Shown here piece after piece: positions 40,150 through 49,554 of a stretch of DNA of 64,000 nucleotides (its first letter is position 1; each line of letters opens with the position of its first letter). A model generated the notes under the pieces. That model was not told the DNA's origin and made no database searches. It saw nothing but the letters and a program-made list of their open reading frames with translations. Position numbers and translations under genes: made by a program. The DNA is from an uncultured Planctomycetota bacterium (GTDB lineage: Bacteria; Planctomycetota; Planctomycetia; Pirellulales; Lacipirellulaceae), in the NCBI GenBank assembly GCA_963719315.1, contig CAVRBU010000004.1:416001-480000 (forward strand), given 5' to 3'.

Positions 40150-43100
40150 TCGAACGACGAGCAGCATGGCCAGGACCACAAGCGAGCTGACTGCCGCGGT
40201 CGGCTCGGGTACCGCAGTGGCGGCACTGAGGCCCGAGCCGGCGCCGGGGTGGGAGCCGAACTGTTTGCGCCATAGAACGTAGTCGGACGCGTCCGACTTG
40301 TTATCGCCGTTGGCGTCGCCAAGCTGGTTGAGGCCGAAGGCGCCGCGCCAAATGTTGTAGTCGGTCAGGTCCACGTCGCCGTCGTGGTCGAAGTCGGCGG
40401 AGAAAAAGGGCGTAGAGACGACCTGAAGTTGTACGGCGTTGGGCAGGTAATTGATGTGGAAGGTCAGACCGGCGGGCATGCCTGAGACGTCGACCTGGCT
40501 AAATGTTCCCACGAGGGCAGAGGCAGTTATGATTGGGAAAGTGTTGCCAAGTGCCGGGACAAAGGGTCCATCGATATCAATATTAAGATAGCCATCGAGT
40601 GAGGCCACTCCATTCACGCCAAGGCGGTCGAATTGATTGAGATTCGTACCCGTAATCTCGACGAACAATTCGCCGGTGTTTGTCTGCTGATAGTCTTTCA
40701 CGGTGGCAGCGCCAACCGTGTCGAATCCCGCGACACGGATTGTTCCTTCGTTGACAAGGAGTGCGTTGATGTTAGCGGAGTTATCAGGAATCAAGTGGCT
40801 ACCATCGGGAACGACAATCGCCCCTGCCCCGCTGAACGTCGCGCCGGCGTCGATGTTGATGTTGTTGTTCTCGAGGCGCAAGTTTTGGCCCAGCGTGGTG
40901 GTGCTGGTCGACTGGAACGTGAGGAAGTTATTCACTGCGACTTTAATCTTTGATTCGCCTCCTCCCACCAAGGTTGACACCGTGCCGCCGATGTCGGTTG
41001 AGTTCGTCGATTCGTAGGTCGCACCTTGGAGCTGAATCGTCGAGCCCGGATTGAAATCCAACGCGAATCCGCTACTGAAGACGCGGCCTCCGGTGGAGGC
41101 AGACACCGTGCCGGTGAAGCCAAACGTGGCGTTGTCGCGGAGTTCCAGTACAGCGCCGGCGCCGAGGGCGTTCAGCGTGCCGTTGTTCAGCGTGCCGTCC
41201 CAGTCGTTGTCGTTGGCTGCTGTTTGAAAGACCAACGCAGTACCACCATTGGCGGTCAGGTTCTTGTTGTTAACCACGCGCGAGGAGACGAGTCCGTTGC
41301 CAGAAATGCCTGCTGCACCGTCGTTGCTGATCGCTCCTCCTTTGAGCTCGCCGCCGTTGAGCGACACGAAATCAGCCACGTTCGTATTCCAAGCGTTAAC
41401 AACATTGAGCGTGCCCGTCGCGCCGAAGGTGCCAAGCGTTCCGACATCGGTAATCGCGCCATTGATGGTCAATACACCGTTCTCTGCCAGGATCGAGGCC
41501 GTTCCGTCAAAATTGATCGGAGCGCCGATAGTGCCAAATCCTCGGAGCGTTCTCCCGGCGTTGGCAGCAAGGGTACCCGGCCCGTTGATGGCGCCGCCTT
41601 CCATTTGATTGACCGTGGCCAAGAGATTGCCGCCGTTGAGTCTCAGCGTTCGCGCCGCGGCGATGTTGGCGTTCGAGCTGGCGCCAAATGTCAACGGGGC
41701 GTCGGCAGTGGTATTTCCGTTGACGCCTAGCACAGCGAGCGCCCCGCTGAAAACCAATCGCGAGTTGCCGCCAAGCGTCGCCGTCCCAGCAGCCGCAGTG
41801 TTGGCCGTCAGTGTGCGGGTCATCGTCCAGCTCGGCACGTTGTTGACGACAATCTGCGCCCCGCTCCCGCCGAGGTTGATCGGGTCGTCCACGTCTCCGG
41901 CGTCATCGGCGTCCCACTTCGTCGAGTTGATCGTGAACACGACGCCGTTGTTGATCGTGTGCAGCGTGCCGGAGCCGATGCCGTCCCAGTCGAAGCTGGT
42001 TGTGTCGATGGTCGTGTTGGCAGTGACCGACGACGTCGAGTTCAAGCGAAACAGGCCGTTCCCCGAAATCGATGCGCCGGCCAGGACACTAGCCGAGCCC
42101 AGGCTTATCGTCCCGTCGTCGACGACGATGGCGCCTGCGTTGAGCGTCGTGCTCGACATCGTGGCCATCGCGGTCGAGTCCACGTTGAAATGCGAACCGC
42201 TGTTGAATGTCGACGTGCCAACGCTGAGCGTTCCGCCGTGGACGTTGACTGTTCCACTAACAATCATCGCCTTGCCGCTGACGGTCGACGTGCCCGCGTT
42301 GTTTTTGTTGAGAGTTCCGGCCATTGTCCAGTTGGCCCCGGCGTTATTCACGGCGACATCGCCGTTGTCGTTCAGGTTTAGCGTTCCACCGTAGACGTCA
42401 TCCGTCGTGTCGATCCGATTGACGTTGAGCGTTAGCTGACCAGTTCCGTTGATGGTTGTCGGCGCCGTGCCGTTTCCATCCCAGTTGAAGTTGCCCGCCG
42501 CGTCGGTCACGGTCATGGTTCCGTTCACGATTGTCTGCGCCGTTAGATTTGCCGGTACATAGCCGGCTGCGGTGGTGATCGACGTCGTGCCATTGAAAAT
42601 CGCAGTGCCACTGTTGGTGAACGAGCCGCCCGACATCGTGAAGTTGGCATCGAGCTGCAGCGTGCCATCGGTATCGACGACGTTGATCGTTCCGCCCGTT
42701 TGAGTGAATGTACCACCGGCGATGACCGCAACCCCCGCCGGCGACCCGCCAAGTCCGCCAATAGCACCGTTGTCGACGTTGATTGCCCCTAAGTCGAGCG
42801 TCCAGGCGAATTGAGAATCAAACGTCGCGTTCTGAAACAAGTTCATCGTTCCACTGAATGCATCACTCAGTTGCAGATCGACGTCGAGCGTCTGATTGCG
42901 AGTGACGTTTACCACACCCGCACCACCGATGCCATCCAGATCGGCACGGCCCCCGAGACTGGGATCGGCAATGTGTAGAGTCCCCACCGGTGGCGGCAAA
43001 AGAATTATTGAGGCCCGCGATAGGGCAGTGAGCGTGCCATCGTTCACGAGGACTGAAATGACTCCAATCGGCATATCGGGATTGCTGATCAGGCCGTTGC

Positions 43101-43581
43101 CTTGTAGGGTTCCGCCCGCGTTGATTCGCAGTATGCCGGTACCAGCTTCTTCGTCAATGATCAGGTTGCCGCCGCTCAATTCGACCGTGCCACCCGAGTT
43201 GATCGTCACGTTATCGGCGTTGACGCTGCCGTTCGCGTCACCAATGAAAAGATTTGTGCTGGCTCCCGACAGTTGCACAAGACCGTCGACGTTGAGATCA
43301 AAGTTGCTAGTAAATAGATCGATTCCGCCCGACATCGTCAGGCCATTGATCGTATTGTTGGATCCCAGATTGACGGTGTTGGACGTATTGAAGACCGCAG
43401 TATCGTTGGCGTCCGGTTCATCCGCCGGATTCCAGTTGGCGTCGTTCCCTGCGCCATCCACCCAATCGGCATTGCCGCCGATCCACGTATTGTTCGCGGT
43501 CCGGCCGATAGTTCCCAACGCGACCGCTACAACAAACGACAAAATCGCCGCCAGCAATCCGAAACGCGATCGCACGATCAT
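40132..43581 (-). CDS. Beta-helical adhesin-like PEP-CTERM protein with dockerin-like repeats
   Basis: Signal, G/N/T-rich repeats, ADFDHDGDVD / GDANGDNKSD, VPEP-TM-RR. Confidence 0.9.
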   Translation of the reverse strand: MIVRSRFGLLAAILSFVVAVALGTIGRTANNTWIGGNADWVDGAGNDANWNPADEPDANDTAVFNTSNTVNLGSNNTINGLTMSGGIDLFTSNFDLNVDGLVQLSGASTNLFIGDANGSVNADNVTINSGGTVELSGGNLIIDEEAGTGILRINAGGTLQGNGLISNPDMPIGVISVLVNDGTLTALSRASIILLPPPVGTLHIADPSLGGRADLDGIGGAGVVNVTRNQTLDVDLQLSDAFSGTMNLFQNATFDSQFAWTLDLGAINVDNGAIGGLGGSPAGVAVIAGGTFTQTGGTINVVDTDGTLQLDANFTMSGGSFTNSGTAIFNGTTSITTAAGYVPANLTAQTIVNGTMTVTDAAGNFNWDGNGTAPTTINGTGQLTLNVNRIDTTDDVYGGTLNLNDNGDVAVNNAGANWTMAGTLNKNNAGTSTVSGKAMIVSGTVNVHGGTLSVGTSTFNSGSHFNVDSTAMATMSSTTLNAGAIVVDDGTISLGSASVLAGASISGNGLFRLNSTSSVTANTTIDTTSFDWDGIGSGTLHTINNGVVFTINSTKWDADDAGDVDDPINLGGSGAQIVVNNVPSWTMTRTLTANTAAAGTATLGGNSRLVFSGALAVLGVNGNTTADAPLTFGASSNANIAAARTLRLNGGNLLATVNQMEGGAINGPGTLAANAGRTLRGFGTIGAPINFDGTASILAENGVLTINGAITDVGTLGTFGATGTLNVVNAWNTNVADFVSLNGGELKGGAISNDGAAGISGNGLVSSRVVNNKNLTANGGTALVFQTAANDNDWDGTLNNGTLNALGAGAVLELRDNATFGFTGTVSASTGGRVFSSGFALDFNPGSTIQLQGATYESTNSTDIGGTVSTLVGGGESKIKVAVNNFLTFQSTSTTTLGQNLRLENNNINIDAGATFSGAGAIVVPDGSHLIPDNSANINALLVNEGTIRVAGFDTVGAATVKDYQQTNTGELFVEITGTNLNQFDRLGVNGVASLDGYLNIDIDGPFVPALGNTFPIITASALVGTFSQVDVSGMPAGLTFHINYLPNAVQLQVVSTPFFSADFDHDGDVDLTDYNIWRGAFGLNQLGDANGDNKSDASDYVLWRKQFGSHPGAGSGLSAATAVPEPTAAVSSLVVLAMLLVVRLGRRP

Positions 43582-43789
43582 TAAACGGTCCCCAACGGGT
43601 CCTAAGCATAGGAATGATTTACGCGGCAAAGAATTTGCCAATCCGTGGCACCGTCCTTGATCTGGCCGCGAGAGCCTTGCGGACATGCAATTGCATAAAA
43701 TCCAAAGGACTGCTGATTATGCGCTGGCCCCTAATGGATGGCAACAGAAATTTCAGCGTTTCCCGAGCTTTTCCTAAGCGCAGAGGCGC

Positions 43790-43821
43790 AAAAAAAGCCC
43801 CGGCCGAAATCGGCCGGGGCT
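43790..43821 (-). terminator. Intrinsic terminator about 210 nt upstream of the 43581 gene
   Basis: Minus strand AGCCCCGGCCG-ATTT-CGGCCGGGGC followed by T7. Confidence 0.85.
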
Positions 43822-44085
43822 TATGCATTTTCAAGATCAATTTACTGGCACCCGAAGCTGCCTACGCACTTGGAGGCACTTTTGTTTCTGCCTTCGTGAA
43901 TAATCCGGGCTAGCCGCTTCTTGGCCACGCGAGCCAACTTTCGCTTATATTGCGGTGCTAGTCGACTTTGCAGAAACTCACCGCCGCCGAGGCATTAGTT
44001 CCACCGAAATCCTAACTGGATTTCTTACCAGGCGACTTCCGTGTTAAGCTTTTCAGGAAGCTCACCCAGGTTAACTCAGGAATTT
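43790..44085 (-). ncRNA. Candidate structured RNA (sRNA or cis-regulatory leader), family not recognised
   Basis: Several consecutive hairpins, cUUCGg and GAAA loops, G-U pairs favouring the minus strand, terminator at the 3' end. Confidence 0.5.
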
Positions 44086-44132
44086 GCGGATCATTATCGA
44101 TTTTGAAGTGCACTGCCCCAGGGAGAATTGAC

Positions 44133-44879
44133 GTGAGATTTCGTTGTGAAAATTGCAAGCATGTATGCGCATGGTCGGTCCTGCTTTCGGCGGCGCTGGC
44201 ATGTTGCGGCACGCACGCGGCGGTTGATGCTAGGGGAGACGGCCCCGCCAATGCCGCCACCGCGCGGGTTAGCGAGGAGGCCGAGCGAATTCTTAAGAGC
44301 ATTCAGACAACTCTCTATCAACACAAGACGGAGATTGATGAGACAAAGGGCGCATATCGCTGCGATTGCTCCGGGTTCGTCGGATACGTGCTCAAGCAAA
44401 CGGTGGCAAAAGACAGTCCGAAAGGTCCGCTGGGAGATGGCAATCAGCGCCCGACGGCAAGCCAATTTCAAAAAGCGTTTGCAGCGGCGCCAACCAAAAC
44501 TCAAGGCACGAGTGGATGGCAACAGATCGTGCGACTGGCCGACGCGCGGCTGGGGGATGTCATCGCGTGGCGACATGCGAAACCGATGCCGGGCAATACG
44601 GGACATGTCGTCATTGTCGGCGAGCGGCCTGTTTTGGAGAGCGACGGACTGGTGCGCGTGGTCGTCATCGACTCGACCACCAAGCCGCAGGTTGACGACA
44701 CCCGCGCCGCGGGCACTTCAGGGATAGGTCGCGGCACGATGTGGTTCAAGATCGATGCCGACGGCCGCCCGCTGGGTACCATTCGCGGTTCGCGGAAGGC
44801 CGAGCCGAAGGTCGAGCCCATATCGATCGGGCGGGCGTTGCCAGTTGCGAAAAAGCCGGCGGCGCGGCGCGCGGCCTAG
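44133..44879 (+). CDS. Secreted NlpC/P60-CHAP-like cysteine hydrolase
   Basis: DCSGFVGY, GDVIAW, TGHVVIV; signal peptide. Confidence 0.75.
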   Translation: MRFRCENCKHVCAWSVLLSAALACCGTHAAVDARGDGPANAATARVSEEAERILKSIQTTLYQHKTEIDETKGAYRCDCSGFVGYVLKQTVAKDSPKGPLGDGNQRPTASQFQKAFAAAPTKTQGTSGWQQIVRLADARLGDVIAWRHAKPMPGNTGHVVIVGERPVLESDGLVRVVVIDSTTKPQVDDTRAAGTSGIGRGTMWFKIDADGRPLGTIRGSRKAEPKVEPISIGRALPVAKKPAARRAA

Positions 44880-45019
44880 TAGATGCCCGCCGGCTCTGAG
44901 GGCGATTCGCCTTCGGGGCGGCGAAAAACCTCGTTTGTAGCAGACTCCGGGCACCCGCCGAGGCGGGTCGGCGTGCCATAGCATCGCTATGAATACGCGA
45001 TGTTTTTCCCAGGGCGGCT

Positions 45020-45044
45020 ACGGCATACGGAGTGTGCCTACTAC
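45020..45044 (-). repeat. GTAG-type REP
   Basis: Reverse complement reads GTAGTAGGCACACTCCGTATGCCGT. Confidence 0.65.
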
Positions 45045-45263
45045 TTTGCAGGCCTCCTGAAGCAGTGTGGCTTGAAGATTGCTATTCGGCCGACCCCAGC
45101 GTAGGATAACTCCACTGCTCCGGCCCACGCCAAAGTTTGCTTTTGATGCCGTCGCACCGATGGCAGATGCCGGAACCGAACCGATAGGTATAGCCAATTA
45201 CTGCCAAGTCGTCGGGCAACCAGCTAACAAGTCCTCCGTAAACGCCGAGGACCCGTTAACCAG

Positions 45264-45314
45264 AAAGCCGACGTGGTGGAATACCTCTGCGTATTTCACC
45301 ACGTCGGTTTTTTT
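45264..45314 (+). terminator. Long intrinsic terminator in the leader of the 45389 gene
   Basis: 21-bp stem (2 G-U pairs), 6-nt loop, T tract. Confidence 0.8.
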
Positions 45315-45388
45315 GTGGTTACGTCGACTTACGCATGCGCCGGGTGGAGCATGTGCGATTCGCATTCGAACTCCTCAAGGACATTCCT

Positions 45389-48300
45389 ATGAATCGGATC
45401 ACAACCGCGAGTCGAATCATCCTATTTCTTCGCAGGAAAATCGGGCGCGCGTGGCTGATTTTTTGCTGCCTGGCATGTCTGGTGTCCTCCACGCGCGCGG
45501 CCAACCGCACGTGGACTAGCGCGATCAGCGGCGTTTTCGGCGCTGCGGGCAGTTGGACGGGCGGCGTGCCGGGCGCGGCCGACTCCGCAACTTTTGTTCA
45601 GGCCGGCACGTACACCGTCACATTCGACAACACGAGCATTCCCGTATTGCCGAATCCTGAATCGAACCAGGACCTTTTCTTTCAGGATGGCAAGGTCACA
45701 TTCAACAGCGGTAGCGGCGGGCCGTACACGTATCAGCTCACTGGCGCCGGCGGTGACGACGCCATCATCACAGGCAATTCACTCACACTAGGCACCTCCG
45801 GCAATCCATTGCATTTAATGGTGGATGACGCTCTGCAGATTCGCGGCGGCGCCAATATGACTGCCAACTTCGGCAGTCACATCACGACCACGAACCTGAT
45901 CCTAGGAAATTCGACGGCCCCGGCCGGCAACGGCACACTCGTTATCGACGGCACAGGCAGCCTTTTGAGGGTAGGCACTTCGGCCCAAATTGGCGCAGGC
46001 GGCATGACGGGAACGCTGACCGTCCGCAACAACGCCACAGCCGACTTCAACGGCACGATCAATCTGGCCGACGGGTCGATTTCTCCGCTCAACACCGGGA
46101 TCTTGAACGTCCAGTCCGGCGGAGCGATCACCACAGCCAGCATCCGGATCGGCAGCAGCGCCACGAACGGTCAAGTGGGAATGTTAACGGTCGGTAGTGT
46201 GGTCGGAACATCGACGGTCACTCAAGACACCAATACCTCGCTGATCGTGGGCGCCAACCTGGCCGGGCCGACCCCCAACGTCGCTACCTTGAATGTTGAT
46301 CCGCACGGAGTGTTTAACTCGGGCAGTGGAACGGGAACGATCACCGTTAACGCGACGGGAACGATAAACCTCATTGGCACACTTAACGCCAACGGCAACG
46401 TCACTGTCAACGGCGGCTTGTTGCACGAAAACAACTTCGCCGCTTTCGCGCTGGCGGCCGGTAAAACGTTGCTTATCACCAACGGCGGCCGCTCCTCGTT
46501 CAGCAGCAGTGGTTACGTAACTGCCACCAACGCCAATTACAATGTCGCCGGCGCCGGTTCGAAACTGGAAAGCACTGGCGCGGTGAGCGTTCAGAACAAC
46601 GCCGCGGTCAACGTCAGTGCGGGTGGACTGGCATCATCGGCAAACCGCATCGACATCGGAACCAATGGCAACGGAACGTTATCGGTCGATGGCAGTGGCT
46701 CATCGGCGATCTCCACCGGCGCCGGCGCTAGTTCCTGGGGTGGAAACGGTGGCAATGCATTTGTAATGTTCACCGGCGACGCCAGCGGCACATTCAACAA
46801 CGGCATCAACCTGAATTCGGGCATCGTCCAAGTCGACTCCGGCGCGGATCTTAGCGTCGGCCAGCTCACGATCAGCTCGTTCGACGGGACGGCCGCGCTG
46901 TTCGTCGAAGGCGGCGGCTCGACTGTAACGCAAACCGGCGCGAGTGCATTGTTTGTCGGCGATCCCAGCAGCAACGCGACTGGCACATCGACGATCCTCA
47001 TTGGCGAATTCATCAGCGGCGCTACGTTCACAACTGGCACGGGCGTCAGCACCATCAACAAATCCGGTAGAGTCACTATCGGCAGCACGTTCACGACCGG
47101 CTCGTTCTTCGCCAACGGCAACGTCACCATCGACGGCGGCGTGCTCGAGCAGAAATCGGGCAGTCTTTTTCAACTCGCCGCGGGCAAGACCATGACCATA
47201 CAGAACGGCGGTCTCTTCTCCGTCAGCATCTACGAGACTGACAACGCTATCTACAATGTCAGTGGCGTCAACTCGAAGTTGGAAAGCTCCATCGGCGGCG
47301 TTCTTCGCATTTACCATGGCGGCCGAGTGAACGTCAGTTCCGGCGGGTTAGTCTCATCCAGTTTATCCCTGCCCATCGGCCTCGACGGCAACGGCAGGCT
47401 TTCGATTGATGGAATCGGTTCTACAGCACTAGCCAACGGCACTGGTACGAGTTTCTGGGGACAAAGTGGCAACACGGCTACGGTTACCTTCACCAACAAC
47501 GCCCTGGGCACATTCAATGGCGGCATCGAAATGGCCAACAGCACAGCGGCCGGGACCACCGCAGTGGTCAACATCCTCTCCGGCGCGGACCTGAACGTCG
47601 CCGGCAAACTACTTCTGGCCGGGTTGAACGGGGCATCCTCGGCGACTTTGAACGTGCAAGGCGCCGGTTCGACTGTTACGCAAACCGGAGCTAACGTGCT
47701 CACTGTCGGCCATGCGTCGGCAGGAACTGCAATCGTAAGTGTTCTCGATGGAGGGGCGATCACGTCCGGCACAGGAATTATCACGATCGCCCAGACGGGT
47801 ACGCTCCTGCTCGACGGCACAAATGCACGGGGAACATTCAGCGCGAATGGCGCGATGACCGTCCTCGGTTCCGTCCAGGTTGGCCAGCTACCTGGAGTCG
47901 CCGGTGGAATGTTGAATGTCAATGCTGGTCTGACCATCGACGGCGGAACGGTCCACCTGATTGGAGGCGTCATCAACGCCAATTCGATTTCACCGACCAA
48001 CGGCGGCGTGTTCGACGTTGCTGGCGGGACGTTGCACGTGGATCAATTTAACGGGAACCTAGTTAACGTCGGTGGTACGCTGGCCCCCGGTCATTCGGCC
48101 GGCAACACCACGATCGTTGGCAACTATTCGCAGCAGACCGGAGCGGCGCTGGAGATTGAGATCGGCGGCCTGTCGGCTGGCAGTAACTATGATCTGGTCG
48201 GCGTCACCGGAACTGCTCTCCTCGGTGGTGAGTTGCAATTGGCGCTGATCGGAAGCTTCGTGCCTACTGCCGCGAATACATTTACCGTACTGAACGCGGG

Positions 48301-48730
48301 TGGAATCGTCGGCGTGTTTAGCAACGTTACTACCGGCCAGCGGCTGACTACCCTCGATGGCAACGGCTCATTCCGCGTGAATTATGGCGCAGGAAGCGCG
48401 TTCAACAACAACCAAATTGTCCTCGACGCCTTTCAGGTTGTCGCTCTGCCCGGCGATTACAACGGCAACAACGTGGTCGACGCCGCGGATTACGTCGTGT
48501 GGCGGAAGGGCCTGGGAACCACTTTCACGCAGAACGATTACGACGTGTGGCGGTCGCACTTCGGCCAAACGGCCGGCAGCGGATCGAGTGCCATTGCCTT
48601 CGCCGATGGTGCCGTTCCCGAACCGGGGGTGTGGATTCTAGCGCTCGTTTGCCCCGCGGCGACGGCATCGCTCCGCAGAAGGCGATCCCGTAAAATCGTT
48701 GTATGCGCAGAAACTTCGACGATGGAGTAG
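45389..48730 (+). CDS. Beta-helical adhesin-like PEP-CTERM protein with dockerin-like module
   Basis: Signal TRA-A, internal repeats, APGHSAG/EIGG cap, PGDYN, VPEP-TM-RRRR. Confidence 0.92.
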   Translation: MNRITTASRIILFLRRKIGRAWLIFCCLACLVSSTRAANRTWTSAISGVFGAAGSWTGGVPGAADSATFVQAGTYTVTFDNTSIPVLPNPESNQDLFFQDGKVTFNSGSGGPYTYQLTGAGGDDAIITGNSLTLGTSGNPLHLMVDDALQIRGGANMTANFGSHITTTNLILGNSTAPAGNGTLVIDGTGSLLRVGTSAQIGAGGMTGTLTVRNNATADFNGTINLADGSISPLNTGILNVQSGGAITTASIRIGSSATNGQVGMLTVGSVVGTSTVTQDTNTSLIVGANLAGPTPNVATLNVDPHGVFNSGSGTGTITVNATGTINLIGTLNANGNVTVNGGLLHENNFAAFALAAGKTLLITNGGRSSFSSSGYVTATNANYNVAGAGSKLESTGAVSVQNNAAVNVSAGGLASSANRIDIGTNGNGTLSVDGSGSSAISTGAGASSWGGNGGNAFVMFTGDASGTFNNGINLNSGIVQVDSGADLSVGQLTISSFDGTAALFVEGGGSTVTQTGASALFVGDPSSNATGTSTILIGEFISGATFTTGTGVSTINKSGRVTIGSTFTTGSFFANGNVTIDGGVLEQKSGSLFQLAAGKTMTIQNGGLFSVSIYETDNAIYNVSGVNSKLESSIGGVLRIYHGGRVNVSSGGLVSSSLSLPIGLDGNGRLSIDGIGSTALANGTGTSFWGQSGNTATVTFTNNALGTFNGGIEMANSTAAGTTAVVNILSGADLNVAGKLLLAGLNGASSATLNVQGAGSTVTQTGANVLTVGHASAGTAIVSVLDGGAITSGTGIITIAQTGTLLLDGTNARGTFSANGAMTVLGSVQVGQLPGVAGGMLNVNAGLTIDGGTVHLIGGVINANSISPTNGGVFDVAGGTLHVDQFNGNLVNVGGTLAPGHSAGNTTIVGNYSQQTGAALEIEIGGLSAGSNYDLVGVTGTALLGGELQLALIGSFVPTAANTFTVLNAGGIVGVFSNVTTGQRLTTLDGNGSFRVNYGAGSAFNNNQIVLDAFQVVALPGDYNGNNVVDAADYVVWRKGLGTTFTQNDYDVWRSHFGQTAGSGSSAIAFADGAVPEPGVWILALVCPAATASLRRRRSRKIVVCAETSTME

Positions 48731-49272
48731 TTGCCCCGGAAGTCACGCTGCGGATTCCTGGCACGTGGTCGCGGCCTGAAGAATTCTACGAGCGGTTGCC
48801 GCGCGGGTGCCGGTGCAATGAGACGGGGCTGGTGCTGGTGGATGGGACGCAGTTCGAGTTGCACGCGTTGCCGGCGGATGAGGGGTTTCCAGGGATCTTC
48901 GCCGGTTCGTGTCCGAAGACGCCGACCGAGAGCGAGCGCGAGCAGATCGAGAACTTCAAAGTCAACATCTGCCTGAGGGGCCGCGGCGGCAGCATCGCGG
49001 CGGCCAAGAAAATCATGGAGGGCGCGGCGGCCGTGATCAGTGTTGGCGGCGCCGGCGTGTTCGTCGATAACAGCGGCATCGCCCACGGCGCGACCGATTG
49101 GCTGAAACTGCAGGAGAGCGCCGACGACGACGGCGTTTATTGGGCGTTTGTGATCGCGGCCCGATCGAAGGACGAAGTCAACTCGCTCGGCATGCGCATT
49201 TTGAGTTTTCGCGACGCGATCATTCCGGCGACCGCCAGCCACGAGTACGATTCGCGCGCCGCTGGCGGCTGA
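48703..49272 (+). CDS. Hypothetical protein (possibly truncated)
   Basis: 189-aa ORF with host-like codon use; GGAGVFVDNSGIAHG. Confidence 0.6.
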   Translation: MRRNFDDGVVAPEVTLRIPGTWSRPEEFYERLPRGCRCNETGLVLVDGTQFELHALPADEGFPGIFAGSCPKTPTESEREQIENFKVNICLRGRGGSIAAAKKIMEGAAAVISVGGAGVFVDNSGIAHGATDWLKLQESADDDGVYWAFVIAARSKDEVNSLGMRILSFRDAIIPATASHEYDSRAAGG

Positions 49273-49554
49273 AACGGCTCAGCAGCAAGCGAATTTGAAC
49301 GCCAAGCGGCTCCCGCCCCCCTGCTGGAGCGTTATGCCAGCAGCCGTTTTTGTCATACCGCCGCGCCTATTCGGCGTGACGCCGCAGAGTTTTACCGGTC
49401 TACTAATTAGAATGAGGTTTGCCCGGACGAACGCGGGCAACTGTGCGATCGGTTTACCCGCTTGGTTTTCCCGCCTGGGGCGATTTTGGTGATGCAATCC
49501 TGTCTGCGATCGACACCTCATGCGGTGCCGGTCGCGGCTTCTTGGTTTTCGGTC

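Noticed and set aside
45190..45250. CAGCTAAC...CCGTAAACG as a c-di-AMP (ydaO) riboswitch
   Set aside because: Only a short resemblance; the other conserved elements are missing.
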